Assembly (NCBI GenBank): GCA_045837725.1
Contig: JBEWZL010000232.1
Span: forward strand, 558,001 to 612,380
Length of the DNA stretch: 54,380 nucleotides
Direction: 5' to 3'
DNA from: Vermamoeba vermiformis
Lineage: Eukaryota
Both the position numbers and the translations under genes were made by a program. Shown here piece after piece: positions 50,400 to 54,380 of the stretch (position 1 is its first letter; every line of letters begins with the position of its first letter). The notes below the pieces were generated by a model that was given only the letters and a program-made list of their open reading frames with translations, made no database searches and was not told the DNA's origin.

Positions 50400-50537
50400 A
50401 AGATACAAAAATATAGAAAAAATCGTCGTTTTTGACCAATGCCGTGTAAGCCCGCTCTTTTTAAAGCTAACGCGATTTGAAAATAACTCGTTACTTACTA
50501 GAATACGAACCGTAACTCAACTCAACCCTAACAAAAC

Positions 50538-52957
50538 ATGGTAAGTCTTTTGAGAGAGCGATAGTATCGCACTAATTTAAATTCGTAGTCGCGTCTGGAT
50601 TGTATGGCTGCTGTGCAAGACCTAATATCAACCACCCCTCGTGCCCCCCGTACCAAGTCGCCAGTCCGTCACTTTGACAGCTCAAGTTTCTCCGTCCAAT
50701 CCAAAACGTCAGCTGCAAAATCCAAGCCGCAAAAGAACAAGTCTAAGAAGTCTAAGAAGTCTAAGAAGGTCCCCAACCCGTCTAAAAAGTCGCCACCCAA
50801 GTCTACTTCAAAATCGCCCAGAAAGTCCCCCGGCAAATCGTCAAGCAAGTCTTCCCCAACAAAATCTACGTCGGAAAAGAAGAAATCAGTAAAATCAGTA
50901 CGTCGAGCCAGTGAGAAAGATCAGGCCCCTGCGAACAACGAAGCACCGAACCTGCCCGACAAGGTAAGCTAATGAACTAATTCCCGCCATTTCTTAAAAT
51001 CTAATAATAATCGTAACAGAGCGCCAAAGCGAGAGCCTTGCCAAAACGAGCTGCCACTCATGAACCAAAAGGTACTTAATTTAACTTAAGCAAAATTTTA
51101 CTCCCGATTTTTGACAGATTTTAGATTTTGACAGTGAAGGCGAGTCCTTTGACGCGGAACATGATGCCGAGCAAGCAAGGAAGGCTGCTGAAGAAGCCGC
51201 CGCACCCGTGGACACCTTGATGTCGGTCAAAGGAATGGCGCAAGATTGGGCTGAATTACACGAGCCCGACGAAGAGCCAAATTCTGATGATATGGAGTTC
51301 ATCGATGCGAAGGATGACTCTCCTCCTGCGAATGATGAGGATTATAATCATCAGGGGCATGAAGAAGAAGAAGAAGAAGATGAAGATGATGATGACGATG
51401 AAGAAGACGTCGACAGCGACGACAGTGATGACGAAGGCGAAAGTGAACTTGGAAATAACGACAACGACGACGTTGACCTCCAGGACAAAGAGATGAGCAA
51501 CACCAATTCCCAGCCAGAGAGGACAGACCCGACGTCTCTACAAAGTGATGACCGTACGTTACCAATAGCTTCTTTTTTGATTTTTGCTAATTCAGTCGCC
51601 TTAGAACACCGTGGTGCCCCAAATGAAGAACAGGAACACAACGAAGATATTGGCGGTAAGTATTTTTGCGAACCAACCATTCATTTATTTATCTTCTTTT
51701 GTAAGTGCCCGAACACACTCCTGACAAAAAAGTTACAAAAAGCAAGAAGTCACGCCCCCTGGCTGCTGAGGATTCTGAAGACTCGGCTTCAGATCCTGTC
51801 GAGAGCATCTCGCGCAAGAAGTCAAAAGAGAAAAACAAAAAACGAAAAAAGAAGAGCAAGAGATCGCGCACAGAAGGTATGTCTTATAGAGAACTCTTAT
51901 TTTATTATTGAAAGTTCGGGTGAATTAATTGGTATTTTTAGAACAACTGCTAAAATTGGAAAGACGTCAAAAATTTCTTGACAAAAATGACATGTCACCT
52001 GATTCTGTCACAAGGCGAACTCATCGTTACATCATTGCACTACGGGAGCATTTGGAGAGATTACATGTGCACGGTATTGGCATTGACGTGGATGCACAAA
52101 GTGATCGGTTTAGACTCGTTGCGCTTACTTACGAGAACAAACAATTCCTGCTCCGTGATAGCGTGAAAGTTGGCGTTAAACTGAAGGCTAAATTAACCGG
52201 AGATGCTTTGATTACCCACGAATCAGGTAAGCATAATTTCTTTTTTATTTAACCGTTTGTGACTTACTTGTTCTGCGAAGGGGCATCGAGCCAATTGTTG
52301 ACCGGAATTCGTAATTGTGAGTTTTCGCAAACCTCGCTCGACTCAGTGAAAAATTTCATGGACCTCGAGCTATCCGGTGTCAAAGAAGGGGCAGATTCGG
52401 CTGCCTTGAAGTTCTTCAACTCTTCAAGTCAGGACCTCGCATCGTTTGAACAAGATGTGTTGGTGCAACGCTTAGTGGATGGCTTAGACGGCTTGGCTGT
52501 GTTCTGCCAAGCTCAGTTAGATCTGCACATCATAACAAAACTGAAGCTGTTCTACATTGGTGGAATCATTAGCACTCTTTGCAACCGTTTTCGAACTTCC
52601 ATCATAGCAGAGAAGTTTAACTTGGCCCCGAGAACTGTGGAAATAGAAGTTAACGATAAGCTGTTCAAAATCTTGGCTGGACTCAATGCAACGAAGCTTG
52701 CGGCTGCGATGGCAGATGATTTCGAGGGGAAAGATGTGGGTCCTGCAAGTGCCTCTCCAGTGCGACGCGAATTCTTTCGCAAATGGAAATTTCGTATCCT
52801 TAAGTTTTATGAAATTTGCTGCGTTGAAAAGAGATTAATATTTACCGATTTACCATTCTCGTTCTTGACGAGAGTGTTTCCTGATTTGGAATCGACAAAC
52901 CGGATATTTCGATACATTAAAGCTCATCCGGAGGACTTTCCAGAGTGGTTGCATTAA
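50538..52957 (+). CDS. Orphan gene 2: Lys/Ser-rich basic N-terminus, long Asp/Glu tract, basic patch, globular C-terminal domain; multi-exon
   Basis: ATG|GTAAGT at 50538 splices in frame to 50589. Exons lie within ORFs 50604, 51208, 51705, 51929 and 52259; ends HPEDFPEWLH*. Confidence 0.6.
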
Positions 52958-52970
52958 CCATCTTTAACAG

Positions 52971-54380
52971 ACTTCTGTTTGCTTTGGTGACATCACCGAC
53001 CAAATTCTGAACGCCTCATTCGATGGTAAGCGGCTTATTTAATGCTCAACAACCCCTAATAAGTAATTGCAGAAGCTCTTTCTCCGACAAGGAAGTTTGA
53101 CAAGTTGTTGCACGCTGCTTTCGATCTCTCAGCCAAGGAAAATGCGTGTCCAGATGCGCAATACGAGGCCTACGACGAGTTTTCAACTCAAGAGGCCTCT
53201 ACCCAGCTCGCCGTAGACGAGGACTTGGCCAACTACGAACCCTCTGACGCGCTTGCCACCTCTGTGGACGTGAACGATTGGCTGGTAACGCCAAAGCCCC
53301 TACGTGAGCATTTATATTTAATGTTATGAATAGCCACTTGTTTATCGGTTGAGTAGGGTCAAGAAAGGCCATGCGGTCTTCTTCTCTTTCCTCCCCATGC
53401 TCTATTTCTTCCTCTCTTTCTTCTTCTCCTTCAGCGTCTTCCAACTCCAAAGGTATGCTGCTCAAGTCTTATAATGCTATCTCGTACTGACACTATGCAG
53501 TGTGCCTCAGCCCTGCACCGTCACTGGATACGTCATCCGAAGAAGAGGAATCTGTGTCGTGCCGCAGCCCCGCACCACCGTTGGAGACTTCCTCAGAAGA
53601 GGCGGAGGCAGAGGATCCTGAGCCGGAGCCTGACATGCCTTCCGATGAGTTCTACTCGCTGCTGCGTTTGCTGCGACGGGATGGGGCGATGTCCATCCTC
53701 GCGAACCTAAAAGATTACTTCGCACTGTCGCCAAAAGAAAAAATACAGCTCTTGATTAGAATAGAGCAGTAAGTAGTTGTTGAATTATCTATTTCTTTCT
53801 TAAAGTAACGTTTTTACTTAATTAGGGAAAATCACCTTAAAGATGATCATGGCCGTACTGTGTATGATGAAAATCTCCTTGACGAAATTCGACAAGCGAT
53901 GGCCGTTGGCGTTGTAAAGCCCAACCTGTTCATTCAGCATCTTATCAAGGATGCTAAAATCATCAAAGATGGTGACGACTTTGGCGAAGATTTTGAAGAT
54001 TGCATCGACTGGTTGACAACGGACACGTATTACGGGCCAAAACCTCACCTGACAAAAGCCAAGGACTCAAAGCTTACTTTCTCCCTGGACACGGACTTTA
54101 CCGGGTTTGTCAGCGAAACCCTGGAATTCATTCGTGGTTCTTGGGAGATGGTGATTTGCCCCAACTTCAACGTTCGTCTCAGCTCGTGCAAAATGCGCTA
54201 CAAGGGCAAAGCGTTGCACACTTGCCCAAGTATTGGCCTTGGGTACGTTTATACAAGATTAAATTGAATTCTTACTAACTCTTTGTTCAGATGGATTGAT
54301 GGCAATATTCCCTTGTTCGTAGTATTCCCCGAGTGTCCATTTGAACAGTCCGGTGATGTAATCAAAAAATTCTTTGAGGA
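52971..54380 (+). CDS. Orphan gene 3, 3' truncated: acidic/Ser-rich N-terminus followed by a conserved-looking globular domain; start unresolved
   Basis: Exons within ORFs 53105, 53500 and 53860, plus 54291-end. Sequence FSLDTDFTGFVSETLEFIRG...LHTCPSIGLG...IPLFVVFP. Confidence 0.55.

Larger units (their letters stand above)
46556..54380 (+). mobile_element. Putative left end of a large unclassified mobile or virus-like element (TTAA|GG start, subterminal repeat arrays, orphan genes); continues beyond window
   Basis: TTAA at 46552-46555 followed by GGTGTCCCACCCCAGG, two repeat arrays, a CpG-depleted flank and three co-oriented orphan genes. No transposase or right end is visible. Confidence 0.45.

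Noticed and set aside
1-54380. tRNA, rRNA or other structured ncRNA genes
   Set aside because: No cloverleaf or rRNA-like segment was recognised by eye; a covariance-model scan would be needed to exclude them.
46556-54380. Recognisable transposase, Fanzor/TnpB, reverse transcriptase or capsid gene
   Set aside because: No DDE, RuvC, RT or capsid motif could be identified in the visible ORFs, so the element class is left unassigned.

Overview
Compact, intron-rich eukaryotic DNA (GT-AG introns with CTAAY branch sites). The gene content is amoebozoan-like, which is an inference. Bases 1-46.4 kb hold about 18 host-type genes: two tandem importin-beta(4/5)-like HEAT genes (the complete one has an N-terminal F-box), a UbiA/MenA prenyltransferase fused to a flavin monooxygenase and divergent from an ankyrin-JmjC gene, PP2C, an R3H + 2H-phosphoesterase gene with a frameshift, a C2-lipase, PHYHD1, an SH3-SH3-LRR-RGS-CH scaffold, an atypical WASP-like gene, a CBM20-esterase, an atypical SDR divergent from an intron-bearing EboF-like gene, a DUSP, and a 12-repeat He_PIG surface protein with an inserted domain. 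From about 46.55 kb the sequence changes character. A CpG-poor flank is followed by a hairpin and TTAA|GG junction, short direct repeats, a 7-unit array of 20-bp palindromes (trimer higher-order structure, flip/flop centres), an E-box cluster and three tightly packed co-oriented orphan genes running off the end. This is best read as the left end of a large, unclassified mobile or virus-like element and is the top candidate for a novel system. Exon models were built by eye and coordinates are approximate. No database searches were run.
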